Part shown: positions 31,185 to 40,993 of the stretch, in pieces
Position numbering within the stretch: position 1 is the first letter of the stretch
How the letters are laid out: the number at the start of each line of letters is the position of its first letter
Origin: a virus
Taxonomy: Duplodnaviria > Caudoviricetes
DNA length: 64,000 nucleotides
Reading direction: 5' to 3' (one strand)
IMG/VR virus record: IMGVR_UViG_3300020577_004280
Location: 1-64,000 of that record
Position numbers and translations under genes: made by a program
The notes under the pieces: model-generated
Seen by the model: only the letters and a program-made list of their open reading frames with translations
What the model was told of the DNA's origin: nothing
The model's database searches: none

Positions 31185-31622
31185 ATGAAAACAAAGAGTG
31201 TAATTATACTACTTTGTTGTTTGCTTCTAACAATTAGTGGATGTCAGCCAGTAGACCAACAGTGGATAACTATGTTATCCAACAATGGATTAGCTATAGT
31301 TTTTGCTATGTTCTGTATTTTTGTTGTGTTTCCCGCTGTTGGATTTGGTATATGGCAAGGATGTAAATGGTTAGGTAATCGTGGCGATAAATTGTTAGAC
31401 CAACACACAAAGTGGATGAGTGAATTAGTAGAATCTAATAAAAAAATGTCAGAATGCCTTAGTCCATTGGTAGAAAAAATAGATAAACTTGTTGAATCAG
31501 AACCAGTATGGAATCAAAAAAAATTTGATAAACTCCAGATTATTCACGAGGATATTAGAAATTCACATAATAAATTAGATGATATTCATAAGGCTGTAGT
31601 ATTAAAGGTGAAACATGGATAA
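31185..31622 (+). CDS. membrane lipoprotein (holin/spanin-like, tentative)
   Basis: signal peptide with lipobox ISGC, TM segment, coiled-coil tail. Confidence 0.45.
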   Translation: MKTKSVIILLCCLLLTISGCQPVDQQWITMLSNNGLAIVFAMFCIFVVFPAVGFGIWQGCKWLGNRGDKLLDQHTKWMSELVESNKKMSECLSPLVEKIDKLVESEPVWNQKKFDKLQIIHEDIRNSHNKLDDIHKAVVLKVKHG

Positions 31623-31833
31623 ATTTAGTAAATATATTACAATAATTGTACTTATCTTGGTTGGTGGAGTTTTAGTCTTTGATAAAGTGACAGCTATTAA
31701 AGCTAGAACACAAGAAGACCAAACTAAGATTCTTAAAGAGATTAACGATAAACTGGATAAAGTTTTACAAAAAAATAATATCAAACCTGATAATCGTGGC
31801 GCGTTTCCTCCAATTGGAGCCGCTCCAAGTTAG
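31615..31833 (+). CDS. small membrane protein
   Basis: single N-terminal TM. Confidence 0.55.
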   Translation: MDKFSKYITIIVLILVGGVLVFDKVTAIKARTQEDQTKILKEINDKLDKVLQKNNIKPDNRGAFPPIGAAPS

Positions 31834-31841
31834 GTGATAAG

Positions 31842-32108
31842 ATGAAAAAAATGTTAAAAGAGTTCTTAAAACTTGTATATGATACTTTTAAAGAATCCGT
31901 ACAAGATACTTCGGAACGTAAAAAATTAGATAAAATAGATTTCGCTAAACTAGTTCGTAATGGATTAATTTATGGATTTGGAGCTTTTCTTGCATACGCG
32001 TTAGGATATGCATTAGAATTTGATTATGGAGTATGGACGCCTATTATTATTGCTATAATTTCTGGTTTACTAGATGCTGTACGTAGAGCATTTAAGAATA
32101 ATGTATAA
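31842..32108 (+). CDS. holin-like protein
   Basis: 88 aa, two TM segments, basic C-terminus. Confidence 0.5.
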   Translation: MKKMLKEFLKLVYDTFKESVQDTSERKKLDKIDFAKLVRNGLIYGFGAFLAYALGYALEFDYGVWTPIIIAIISGLLDAVRRAFKNNV

Positions 32109-32523
32109 AGAGGATAAAATGTTAAAGATTCTAAATTTTAAAACTGTAGGTTATTTAATCCTAGCTTACGCTGGTGTATCATTTGCGTTAGCTAACACAG
32201 GTGTTATTCAGGGGGTTGATGGTACTTGGTATAATAAGTTAATAATGACTATTCTGACTGGTGTTGCGTCAATCTATTTAAACGGTCAGGGTTTCACATT
32301 ACAAGGAGTGCTTGCTAAGATTTTAGCTTATTTTAAGGTTGGTCCAATTGTAGAAACAATTGATACATCAATTCTTGACGATATCAATGATATTGCCGAA
32401 GCACTAAAATTGGCTGGTGACGACGTTGGTGTCGGATTATGCAAACAACTTAACGTTCATGTGTTTGACTCAATCTACTCGACTAAAATTAAAGTTGAAG
32501 CCAGTTCAGTGGAGAAAGTGTAA
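32074..32523 (+). CDS. membrane protein
   Basis: two to three hydrophobic segments. Confidence 0.55.
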   Translation: MLYVEHLRIMYKEDKMLKILNFKTVGYLILAYAGVSFALANTGVIQGVDGTWYNKLIMTILTGVASIYLNGQGFTLQGVLAKILAYFKVGPIVETIDTSILDDINDIAEALKLAGDDVGVGLCKQLNVHVFDSIYSTKIKVEASSVEKV

Positions 32524-32525
32524 TA

Positions 32526-32999
32526 ATGAAGAAAGTAATTTTATCATTAGGATTATGTCTGATATTTACAGGATGTTTGATTCAACCATCTGATGTTAAA
32601 TTACCAAATTTCAACACTAACTCAAACAACGTCGGGAAAATCGACGACTCAAGGGGGGTGATTCCTAAAATCGTAGAGTCTCTTAAAGATGCTTCTAAGG
32701 AAGATTGCCTACACCACGCTAAGGTATTTCTAGGTTTATCAGAATTTTTGAAGAACTCGAAAGCTATCACTAAAACAACACAACTAGCACCACCGTCTGG
32801 CGTGGTGGGAAGTATTCAAAAAGATTACGGTTGGGAAATCAGTAAGAATAAAACGTTTACAGATTTGATTGAAGCTGATATGACTAATTATCTTGAGTTG
32901 AAGAAACCAAGAGATATTGATGACACACTACGTGTGAAGATGGTTGAGACGTTTAGCCTCTATGGAAAAGGGGCGTTGAAGGCTGCTTCAGGAAAATAA
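32526..32999 (+). CDS. lipoprotein
   Basis: MKKVILSLGLCLIFTGC lipobox. Confidence 0.65.
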   Translation: MKKVILSLGLCLIFTGCLIQPSDVKLPNFNTNSNNVGKIDDSRGVIPKIVESLKDASKEDCLHHAKVFLGLSEFLKNSKAITKTTQLAPPSGVVGSIQKDYGWEISKNKTFTDLIEADMTNYLELKKPRDIDDTLRVKMVETFSLYGKGALKAASGK

Positions 33000-33017
33000 T
33001 AAGGAGAAAATAGGAAA

Positions 33018-34115
33018 ATGGCAAAGGAATGGACTGAGCAAGAAATTCAGTATTTGATAAACAATAGAACATGTTTGAAAAATATAGAAATTGCTAAAAA
33101 TTTAAACAGAAGTTTGGCATCAGTTAATCATAAAATTGCAAGACTAGATTTAGATAATAAAGTTATATGGTCTGAAGATGATACTAAATTTTTAGTAGAT
33201 AATTATCAAAATATGAACAATGCTGTTATCGCTAAAAAATTGGGTTTTACCGAAACTGCGGTAGCCCATAAAGCTAATAGAATGGGTATTACAAGAGATA
33301 AAAGTTGTGTTAGAAAGTATCAATGTAATGATAATTATTTTGATAATTTTTCACATAATATGGCTTACATCTTAGGTTTTATTACAGCAGACGGGTATCT
33401 ATATAGAAATAGATATACTTCTGGTAAAAAGTCTAATACTATATGTATAAAATTGCAAGCTAGAGATATTGAAATATTAGAATTTATAAAAACAGAGCTA
33501 GAATATTCTGGAGAAATATGCACTGATATAGCCAAAAATAATGGTCGGTCATATGTTTCAATTAGAATAAATTCTAAACAATGTGCTGATAAATTAGAAT
33601 CTTTAGGAATTATTCAATGTAAGTCTGGAAAAGAGAAGTTTCCAGATATTCCGCAGGAATTCTTATATACGTATATTCTAGGGTTATTTGACGGGGACGG
33701 ATGTATATATTTTAATGAAATAAAAGAAACTTACTGCTTTTCCATAGTTTGTTTAAATAAACAATATCTAGAAGATGTGCAAAAATTTACAGGTCTTGGC
33801 AAAGTTAGAGAAGTATCAAGGAATCATTTAAGTAAGCAAACTTTACATATTTTTCGTGTTACAAAGAAAGAAGAATTAAAAGTTTTATATCAGAAATTGT
33901 ATGAAAACGCAGAATTTAAATTAAATAGAAAATATAGTAAATTTACTAATACCATTAATTTTATTAAAAATAGAGTAAATAAATTAGTTAAGTATAAGCA
34001 TTTAGAAAATGATATTCTTTTATATAGAGAAAAAGATTTTTCATTTAAACAGATAAATGAAAGGTTTGGCGTTTCTAAAACACAGTATTACAGAATTATT
34101 AAAGGTTCAAAATGA
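33018..34115 (+). CDS. LAGLIDADG homing endonuclease with N-terminal HTH repeats
   Basis: AYILGFITADG and YILGLFDGDG; two W(T/S)E...L...IAK.L repeats. Confidence 0.88.
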   Translation: MAKEWTEQEIQYLINNRTCLKNIEIAKNLNRSLASVNHKIARLDLDNKVIWSEDDTKFLVDNYQNMNNAVIAKKLGFTETAVAHKANRMGITRDKSCVRKYQCNDNYFDNFSHNMAYILGFITADGYLYRNRYTSGKKSNTICIKLQARDIEILEFIKTELEYSGEICTDIAKNNGRSYVSIRINSKQCADKLESLGIIQCKSGKEKFPDIPQEFLYTYILGLFDGDGCIYFNEIKETYCFSIVCLNKQYLEDVQKFTGLGKVREVSRNHLSKQTLHIFRVTKKEELKVLYQKLYENAEFKLNRKYSKFTNTINFIKNRVNKLVKYKHLENDILLYREKDFSFKQINERFGVSKTQYYRIIKGSK

Positions 34116-35017
34116 GTATAGAAAATTTCATTAATCTTGGTGGATGGCATAGAGACGATAGAGCGGTCGAAGAAGCTCTTAAACAATTAAGTGTGCCACG
34201 TATATGTCAGTCTCCTATTAATGGAACTGGAGAAGGTAAAGTAGCATTATTGTATCAACCTATAGTTAAATTAGCTGGTAAATATCCATTGCGCCTTCAG
34301 CGCACAGGGGATTGCGTATCTATGAGTACGGCTGGTATGGTAGATAATTTGACCGGTATACAGCATTTTATACTTGGTACTAATGAACCTTGGATAGCAG
34401 AATGTGCTAGTGAAGTTATATATGCTGGTAGTAGAGTCGAAATAGCTGGCGGTCAACTAGGCGGTGGAGCCGGGTCAAATAATATTTGGGCGGCAAAATT
34501 CGTGGCCCAATACGGAACATTAGTCAGAAAAAAATATGGTAATATAGATTTAACTACATATAGTAGTTCTAGAGCTGACCAATGGGGTATGCCTAGAAAT
34601 GGCGTACCAAATGAATTAGAACCTTTCGCTAAAGAACACTTAGTAAAAACATATTCACAAGTGAGAACGTGGGAAGAATGTAGAGCAGCTCTTAGTAATT
34701 TTTACCCGGTCACAATTGCTAGTAACCAAGGTTTTAGTAGTAATCGTCAAAAAGACGGATTTGCATCTCCACAGGGCAATTGGGCGCACTCAATGCTTTT
34801 AATAGGATGTAAAGATGATAATCGTCCCGGCGCGCTATGTATGAACTCTTGGGGCGTGTGGAATAGTGGACCAAAAGGTGATTATGATATACCTGATGGT
34901 AGTTTTTGGATTGACGCACAAGTATTAGAGAGAAACATCTTATCCCAAAATGACTCATTTGCGTTTTCAAATTACCAAGGTTTTGAGCCGCAAGATTTAG
35001 ATTTAAGATGGTCCTAA
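34112..35017 (+). CDS. papain-like cysteine peptidase (C1 family-like)
   Basis: Q..GDCVS, WAHSM, NSWG catalytic motifs. Confidence 0.8.
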   Translation: MSIENFINLGGWHRDDRAVEEALKQLSVPRICQSPINGTGEGKVALLYQPIVKLAGKYPLRLQRTGDCVSMSTAGMVDNLTGIQHFILGTNEPWIAECASEVIYAGSRVEIAGGQLGGGAGSNNIWAAKFVAQYGTLVRKKYGNIDLTTYSSSRADQWGMPRNGVPNELEPFAKEHLVKTYSQVRTWEECRAALSNFYPVTIASNQGFSSNRQKDGFASPQGNWAHSMLLIGCKDDNRPGALCMNSWGVWNSGPKGDYDIPDGSFWIDAQVLERNILSQNDSFAFSNYQGFEPQDLDLRWS

Positions 35018-35122
35018 AATAATATTAGAACACATATGATGTATTTTGGTTTTGTATTTGGTCCGCCAATTATTAGTCTATTAATTCTCTTACTCGGATT
35101 TAAAAAATAAAGAAAAACAATT

Positions 35123-35728
35123 ATGAAATTTATTTTACTTATATTATTCACTTTATCTATTATTGGTTGTAGTAAACCTTATACTAAACTCTCTACTGAG
35201 GATTTGGTTACAGCTGAGGGTTTTACTGCTATTAGTGTAGCTTTATATCAAAAAAATGAACCAGTTGCTGTAAAAGAAGAAGATATTAAAGCTGTTCAAC
35301 AAGTAGTAAATGATGTTGTAAAAGTTCTACCAACTTTAATTAAACCTGAACCAGTCAAAGTACAACCCAAAATAATTGTACCAGAGAAGTCTAACCAAAA
35401 GACATCAGAAGTTATTACACCTAAAAAATATCTACGATTACTGAGCGCTGAAGCCGGATGTGGGTCATGTATACACCAAGATATGATTTTAATTGGTTCT
35501 GATTGGATTATTTTAAATGGTGATGAGAAAGCTAACGAAAATAAAATACCATATCACGGTATTCATGAACGTGTAAAATCACTAAACGATGAAACAAATC
35601 CTTTGTGGGTAAAATATAACGCATCATCTGTTCCACATTGGGACTTAATTGTAGATGGCAAAGTTGTAAATACAGTAGAAGGAGTATTAGATAGAAGCGA
35701 GCTACGTAGATTCTATCTATCCAAATAA
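35123..35728 (+). CDS. lipoprotein with thioredoxin-like CxxC domain
   Basis: lipobox IIGC; CGSC; SVP cis-Pro loop. Confidence 0.6.
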   Translation: MKFILLILFTLSIIGCSKPYTKLSTEDLVTAEGFTAISVALYQKNEPVAVKEEDIKAVQQVVNDVVKVLPTLIKPEPVKVQPKIIVPEKSNQKTSEVITPKKYLRLLSAEAGCGSCIHQDMILIGSDWIILNGDEKANENKIPYHGIHERVKSLNDETNPLWVKYNASSVPHWDLIVDGKVVNTVEGVLDRSELRRFYLSK

Positions 35729-35732
35729 TATT

Positions 35733-36071
35733 ATGAATAAACAACAGTTTACGACATGGGCGATGCAATCTCCTGATACTAAGTCTTATACAAGTACTCA
35801 AAGTAAATTAGCGTTAGCTACATTGCCATTAGGTTATGATTGGTATGAACAAAATAAATCCAGTTTATCAACCGGTAAAGATAGAAAAGCAAAATATAAA
35901 CGTAGAGTTAAAAGCGAATGTAGAGCATATATATACGATAAGTTTAAACCTAACCCAGCAGATTACGGGTATTCTTCTGTTTTTGTCGCCTGGATTTTTT
36001 ACTGGATTCTCAGTGCAGTAATTAATTTTGTAATCAGACGACTCTTGGATGACTGGATTTTTAAAAATTAA
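35733..36071 (+). CDS. membrane protein
   Basis: C-terminal TM segment. Confidence 0.55.
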   Translation: MNKQQFTTWAMQSPDTKSYTSTQSKLALATLPLGYDWYEQNKSSLSTGKDRKAKYKRRVKSECRAYIYDKFKPNPADYGYSSVFVAWIFYWILSAVINFVIRRLLDDWIFKN

Positions 36072-36083
36072 TCAGTTGATTCT

Positions 36084-36112
36084 AGGGGTGTTAAAACACC
36101 CCTTATTTTTTG
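36084..36112 (+). terminator. rho-independent terminator
   Basis: AGGGGTGTT-AA-AACACCCCT followed by a T-rich tract. Confidence 0.8.
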
Positions 36113-36123
36113 TTTTTTATGAC

Positions 36124-36151
36124 TTGACTTCCCTTTTTTTCATTGTAGAAT
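36124..36151 (+). promoter_or_regulatory. sigma70-type promoter
   Basis: TTGACT-16 nt-TAGAAT. Confidence 0.5.
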
Positions 36152-36257
36152 AGACTTTCCATCGTAAACGACTTAGAGCGATTTTACGAATTCCGAAAAA
36201 ATTCTTTCAAAATCACTTGACATTTTTTGGATAGGACATTATTAACTTGTAAGAGTT

Positions 36258-37010
36258 TTGAAATGTGTAAAGGAGGTCTACAAAATGATAGATGAAAAGA
36301 GTTGTGAAAGTCTAACAGATGCTAACTATCAGGTGTGGTCAGTATTGATTAATGAAATAATTGAAAATGTTCAAGATATGTACATTGAGTTAGAGAAAGA
36401 ACAGGTTGGTAGAACATATAAAACTTGGAAAACAGAATATCTAGATAACTCCATTGAGAATATTAAACGCGCAAGAACAATTCTCATCCACATGAGCAAG
36501 TACACATACAGTAACAATGAACTTGTCAATCCAATCGGGATGATATCCATAGCAAAACGATACAAACGTTTACTGTATGATAACTTAGAGTTTGCTGAAA
36601 AATTTGGCTTACTTTTAATTAATACACCATTAACTCTTGGTATTCCATATAAAAGTGAAAAAGGTTTATTGGCTAATAGTGTCCAGTTAAATTCCATGTA
36701 TTTTGGTAACTTATTACCAATCAGATTATATCAATTCAATACTATCAAAAGAAGTATGGGTTTATTTTATACAAAATCGTATTATAACGTCTCGTGTTTA
36801 CGCGACTTAAGATGGTGGTGGGCTTTGACAGATAAAATTGAAGTTAGCCAAACATATATTAATATTTATCAAAAACAATTTTCTCTTACAGAAAAGCAAT
36901 TTGCTTCTAAAGTAAGAAATTATATTAAAAAACATAAAAATGTGTTACAAGAAATCAAACACGAAGAAGGTAAGTTAAAACAAAGATTATTTGACCTCAA
37001 ACTAATTTAA
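36258..37010 (+). CDS. hypothetical protein
   Basis: 250 aa ORF, AAGGAGG RBS before an internal ATG. Confidence 0.65.
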   Translation: MKCVKEVYKMIDEKSCESLTDANYQVWSVLINEIIENVQDMYIELEKEQVGRTYKTWKTEYLDNSIENIKRARTILIHMSKYTYSNNELVNPIGMISIAKRYKRLLYDNLEFAEKFGLLLINTPLTLGIPYKSEKGLLANSVQLNSMYFGNLLPIRLYQFNTIKRSMGLFYTKSYYNVSCLRDLRWWWALTDKIEVSQTYINIYQKQFSLTEKQFASKVRNYIKKHKNVLQEIKHEEGKLKQRLFDLKLI

Positions 37011-37029
37011 ATATTAATTGGAGATGATT

Positions 37030-37175
37030 ATGAGTTTAAGAAACGAGAAAGCTGATGCGTGGGGGAAAGCTAATACCTACGCTAAAAAACAGAAGAATAA
37101 ATTAGAAAGACGTAAGGCCAAACGTAATCCAGAAGAACCTCCAACTTACGGCAAATACAAAGGCTGGGTTTCATA
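37030..37175 (+). CDS. small basic protein
   Basis: GGAG RBS; MSLRNEKADAWGKANTYAKKQKNKLERRKAKRNP... Confidence 0.5.
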
Positions 37176-37228
37176 GCGTTAGTAATACTACTATTGTTAT
37201 TAATTTTGCTATAATTTTCTTCCTACGC

Positions 37229-37257
37229 TTGACATTTTATCCGCCGCGTGCTATACT
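37229..37257 (+). promoter_or_regulatory. sigma70-type promoter
   Basis: TTGACA-17 nt-TATACT with extended -10 TG. Confidence 0.75.
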
Positions 37258-37504
37258 AGTCCGTCTGATTTGGAGAAAGCCAATCTTTTCTTTGAGTTTT
37301 TGATAGTAAGGTAAAATAATATGTTCAATTGGTTGTTCAAAAAGAAACCCAAACTAACAAACGAACAGTTAGCTAACGAAATAGATAAACAAACTATTTA
37401 TCATAATATATATTTGAAGAAATGAAAAATATACCATCTGAAGATAAAAACAGATTACTACAACTATATGGATTAATATAACGTATTCAATGTTATGAAT
37501 ATAC

Positions 37505-37598
37505 GCGGAATAGCCTACATGGAGTAGGAGCGGTCTTATAAGCCGTCGGAAATTTATTGAAAAATGAATCCAAGCTGGTTCGATTCCAGCATTCCGCA
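37505..37598 (+). tRNA. tRNA-Ile(UAU) with long variable arm
   Basis: GCGGAAT/ATTCCGC acceptor, GCGGT-CTTATAA-GCCGT, GCTGG-TTCGATT-CCAGC. Confidence 0.85.
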
Positions 37599-37659
37599 AT
37601 ATAATTAAGAATTATTTATAATGGGCGAAATAAAATGTGAAGTTGTATATTGCTCTTTT

Positions 37660-37746
37660 GCAGGTTTCCCATAGTCTGGCCGATTGGGATGGTTTTGTAA
37701 ACCATTGGTGTTTATACCCGCGTAGGTTCAAATCCTACAACCTGCT
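37660..37746 (+). tRNA. tRNA-Thr(UGU) with long variable arm
   Basis: GCAGGTT/AACCTGC, ATGGT-TTTGTAA-ACCAT, GTAGG-TTCAAAT-CCTAC. Confidence 0.85.
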
Positions 37747-37779
37747 TCGTGGATATAACCGTATGGCTAAGAATTTTAT

Positions 37780-38397
37780 TTACGGCTTATTCTGTTTTCT
37801 TAATTCGTCATGTATAAGTCTATGACAATTTGAACATACCATCATACATTTATCTAACTCTTTTCTAACTGTATCTGTAAATACACAAGCTCTATGTGAA
37901 GAAATTGTAAATTCTTTTTGTGATGGGTCTCTATGATGAAAGTCATAACAAATATCAGGGTAAGTTTGTTTACATCTTTCACATACTCCACCTTTGTATG
38001 TTACATACTGAGATTTAATTTGCGGCTTAGCTTTAGATTTATAGGACGCTTGGCATGTATTACAGTAAGACTGATATCTTCCCGGTAAAGCACAATAGTT
38101 TTTAAAGCTGTGCCAAATTTTACATTTTGTACATTGTTTAGTTTCATTGATTAAATCAATAATTGGTAAATCTTTTGCTGGTCTACAGTTATAACACACA
38201 TATCTACTACCTTTATGAATATTAATAAATTCCGCTTTGCATCTTTGACATTTTTTTGACACGATTTGTTTATCTTTAGCTAGCCATAGCGAAACAGTTG
38301 ATGTAGACACCGAAAGTATCTCTGATATTTCTTTAATCCGTTTTCCGATTTTCATTAAATCCCTAGCTTCTTCCCTTAGTCTGTGTGGATATTTCAT
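37780..38397 (-). CDS. HNH endonuclease with N-terminal HTH and zinc fingers
   Basis: KGGVCERC...YDFHHRDP..K...ELDKC..VCSNCHRLIH. Confidence 0.85.
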   Translation of the reverse strand: MKYPHRLREEARDLMKIGKRIKEISEILSVSTSTVSLWLAKDKQIVSKKCQRCKAEFINIHKGSRYVCYNCRPAKDLPIIDLINETKQCTKCKIWHSFKNYCALPGRYQSYCNTCQASYKSKAKPQIKSQYVTYKGGVCERCKQTYPDICYDFHHRDPSQKEFTISSHRACVFTDTVRKELDKCMMVCSNCHRLIHDELRKQNKP

Positions 38398-38448
38398 TAT
38401 AATTCTCCTTCTCGTTCGATTGGCGTTGATAGAGACTCGTACAATATG

Positions 38449-38457
38449 TTATACACG
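38449..38457 (-). promoter_or_regulatory. CGTGTATAA phage promoter-like motif
   Basis: 52 nt upstream of the HNH start. Confidence 0.55.
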
Positions 38458-38694
38458 TTTTCTTCAAATTTGATTCAAATACTGTAATTTATTAAATAAT
38501 AAGTATAGATGTATATCTGAACCTATAAATCTTATATTGGCGACTAGGGCGTCCTTGCAAGACATAACGAAATAACGTAAACCGTTTGCGGTTGGTCGTG
38601 TATACGATTTGCTAACGTGAACTATAAGAATACTAATTATATTATCTACCAACACGAACCGTAGTATGTACTCGTTATATCTAACATAAAATAT

Positions 38695-38765
38695 GGGCTA
38701 TGAGTGTGATAGATGCACAAATCTCTTCTAAAGATTTAGAAGCCGAGCGTAACGGCTATAGCCTA
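38695..38765 (+). tRNA. tRNA-Arg(UCU)
   Basis: GGGCTAT/ATAGCCT, AATCT-CTTCTAA-AGATT; atypical T loop. Confidence 0.8.
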
Positions 38766-38769
38766 CTTC

Positions 38770-38896
38770 GACCATATAGTGTAACAGACGATAAATAAAA
38801 CAGCACATCTATTTGACAAGCCTATAAGTAGTTACGATGTAATAGATGTAACAGTTAGATGGTATGGGTGGAGAATCGGGAGTCCCATTATGGTAA
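38770..38896 (+). ncRNA. tRNA-like RNA with enlarged D, anticodon and T loops
   Basis: ACCATA/TATGGT acceptor, GTG..CAC D stem, ATCTA..TAGAT anticodon stem enclosing ~40 nt, ATGGG..CCCAT T stem with 15-nt loop. Confidence 0.5.
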
Positions 38897-39034
38897 TTGT
38901 ATATTCAATCATCACTTTATTAGTAATTGTAGTATTTTGTATATCAGTTCCATCTATAGAACAAAGTAGAGATAAAGATATCAAGTCTATGAGTTGGCCT
39001 CATAGAGCTAAAGTAGATTTTCTAATCTCTAAAA

Positions 39035-39727
39035 TTGAAGAATATTAATAAAGGAATTATTATGGAAACATTAGAACATGTAAATTTTCAGGAAATCGCG
39101 GAAAAGAATGTCTATCAAATTTCTCAAATTGACGAATCAGTATTAGAAAACGCTTTACCATTCGAGAATATTGATAGAAAACAGGTTGAACAATCAAAAT
39201 CTAGACAGAAACTATTAGACTATAAATTACTTGACCTCAGCTTCCTTGCGAAGAAAGATAAGAATGGATATCCTTTATTTAGTATCTTCCATACTAAGTC
39301 AACGCAATGCTATTATAGTGGTATTATACGCTGTAATAGCGGTCAAGTAGAATTCACAATACCTATTTCATCTGATGTGGTTTGGCGTCATGTTAAGCCG
39401 ATTATAAAAGACCTTTTAAAGAAAGCTGTTCTGAACTGTAAAAATATTATTAATACTCAAAATATTCAATTTAAATTAACTTCAAAATTTTCTGGAATTG
39501 TTCCAAAGGAAGTTCGTAATATTATTAGGGCAAATACTCACAAATTTGACCATGTTTGTATTATTTCTGAAGCAGATAACTGGACATATAATGAAACAGT
39601 AACTTACAATCCTCCAAATCCAGACCCTCTAGTAGTTGGTATTAAGGATGATTTAGCGTACTTGATTTGTACGTTTTATGTAACTAAACTTGAAAATTAT
39701 ATTAAGACTGAATTTACATGTGACTAG
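39035..39727 (+). CDS. hypothetical protein
   Basis: 230 aa ORF ending with DPLVVG motif. Confidence 0.65.
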   Translation: MKNINKGIIMETLEHVNFQEIAEKNVYQISQIDESVLENALPFENIDRKQVEQSKSRQKLLDYKLLDLSFLAKKDKNGYPLFSIFHTKSTQCYYSGIIRCNSGQVEFTIPISSDVVWRHVKPIIKDLLKKAVLNCKNIINTQNIQFKLTSKFSGIVPKEVRNIIRANTHKFDHVCIISEADNWTYNETVTYNPPNPDPLVVGIKDDLAYLICTFYVTKLENYIKTEFTCD

Positions 39728-39980
39728 TCGTCATGTTGGAGAAATCTGATGTTAGTAGAACTTGTTGTCTATTTAAGCACTGTTATTGTAAGCTACATCT
39801 CCATTTTATGGATAAGACTAATCTATAGTAAAAAATTATATACATCTAATCTCAAATCAATAATAGTAGATATATTTATACTAGAATTAATATTATCGTT
39901 AATACCGATACTAAATATAATATATATAATATTCGGAATATTAGAAATCACTAAATCTAGTTCTATTAGACGAAGACTGA

Positions 39981-40021
39981 TAGAATCAGTAGAATCAGTA
40001 GAATCAGTAGAATCAGTAGAA
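39981..40021 (+). repeat. 9-bp tandem repeat (TAGAATCAG) x4.5
   Basis: direct repeats encoding ESV units at the end of ORF 39749-40036. Confidence 0.9.
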
Positions 40022-40032
40022 GAGAGCTATGA

Positions 40033-40503
40033 ATGATTCTTAACTTAGCTGAAGAAGGATTGAATGGCGATAAAAAATTCACTTTAAGTGAATTAAAGCA
40101 GATTATCGGTAGACTAAATGCAAAATATGGCGATAACGCTATTATTGGTTTCGATGCGGGATATAATAACGTAAATGCGTATCTCGCTACATCTGAACAT
40201 AAATCAGAAAATCTTACGTCTTTTAAAAAATGTAATGGTACCGGACAAATCTCCGAATATGTAGAAGTTGAAGCTAGAAATGCGTGTGATTGTGAGGCTG
40301 GCGTAAAACCAGCACAAAACAATGTAATTATTGGATACATGGATAAAATCGATTTCGATTGTGAAGTTGGCGGAAATCCAAACGGTAATATTTTCTTTAC
40401 CTCTATTGAGGATTTACAAAGGGAAAGAACATGTAGTGAATTTTGTGGTATTGTAGAGATTGAAATTAGACTAAAACGAGTAGTACAGGAATCAAAAGAA
40501 TAA
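40033..40503 (+). CDS. hypothetical protein
   Basis: 156 aa ORF. Confidence 0.6.
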   Translation: MILNLAEEGLNGDKKFTLSELKQIIGRLNAKYGDNAIIGFDAGYNNVNAYLATSEHKSENLTSFKKCNGTGQISEYVEVEARNACDCEAGVKPAQNNVIIGYMDKIDFDCEVGGNPNGNIFFTSIEDLQRERTCSEFCGIVEIEIRLKRVVQESKE

Positions 40504-40523
40504 ATAAACCGCTTTGCTGATAT

Positions 40524-40595
40524 GGGATTCGAGTGTGATGGATAGCACAGCAGTCTACGAAACTGCAAGACAAAATTCGATTTTTTGGTTTCCCG
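40524..40595 (+). tRNA. tRNA-Arg(ACG), imperfect acceptor stem
   Basis: GCAGT-CTACGAA-ACTGC; T loop TTCGATT. Confidence 0.7.
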
Positions 40596-40810
40596 CTTAA
40601 TATTAAGGAATCATTATGTTCGCAAAACTAATAGCAAGAATCTTAGCTAGACTAATCGGTGGAGCGTTTGTTTTTATTGGCACACTTGGCTTAATGGTTG
40701 TGAAAGATGTTTTCAGTAACCATCTAATTCTGATAGGTCTAAGTATTGTTTGTTTAATTACCGGCGGATTAATTGCTTGGTGTGGATTTAGAAAGTAAAG
40801 AACATAAAAT

Positions 40811-40898
40811 GGAAGTAAGCTACCTGTTGGTTCGGTAGAATAGTCTGCTAAACTATCCGTGAGAAATCGCGGCGAGAATTCGATTTTCTCTACTTCCG
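40811..40898 (+). tRNA. tRNA-Ser(GCU)
   Basis: GGAAGTA/TACTTCC, G73, ATAGT-CTGCTAA-ACTAT, long V arm. Confidence 0.9.
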
Positions 40899-40903
40899 CT
40901 TAC

Positions 40904-40975
40904 GCGTCATTCGTATACCGATTAGTATACTAGATTGCCATTCTAGGGGAATCAGTTTAATTCTGATATGACGCA
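40904..40975 (+). tRNA. tRNA-Gly(GCC)
   Basis: GCGTCAT/ATGACGC, CTAGA-TTGCCAT-TCTAG. Confidence 0.85.
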
Positions 40976-40993
40976 TTTAATTGGAAACTCGAT

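Noticed and set aside
37369-37825. ORFs 37369-37599 and 37637-37825
   Set aside because: They overlap tRNA-Ile and tRNA-Thr and are likely spurious.
39981-40021. 9-bp tandem repeat as a regulatory or iteron array
   Set aside because: It is an in-frame ESV repeat at a protein C-terminus, most simply explained by slippage.
39966-40568. 200-aa minus-strand ORF and other short antisense ORFs in the track (e.g. 22531-23040, 27875-28312, 60591-60920)
   Set aside because: They are shadows of well-supported plus-strand genes or tRNAs, with no motifs or RBS.
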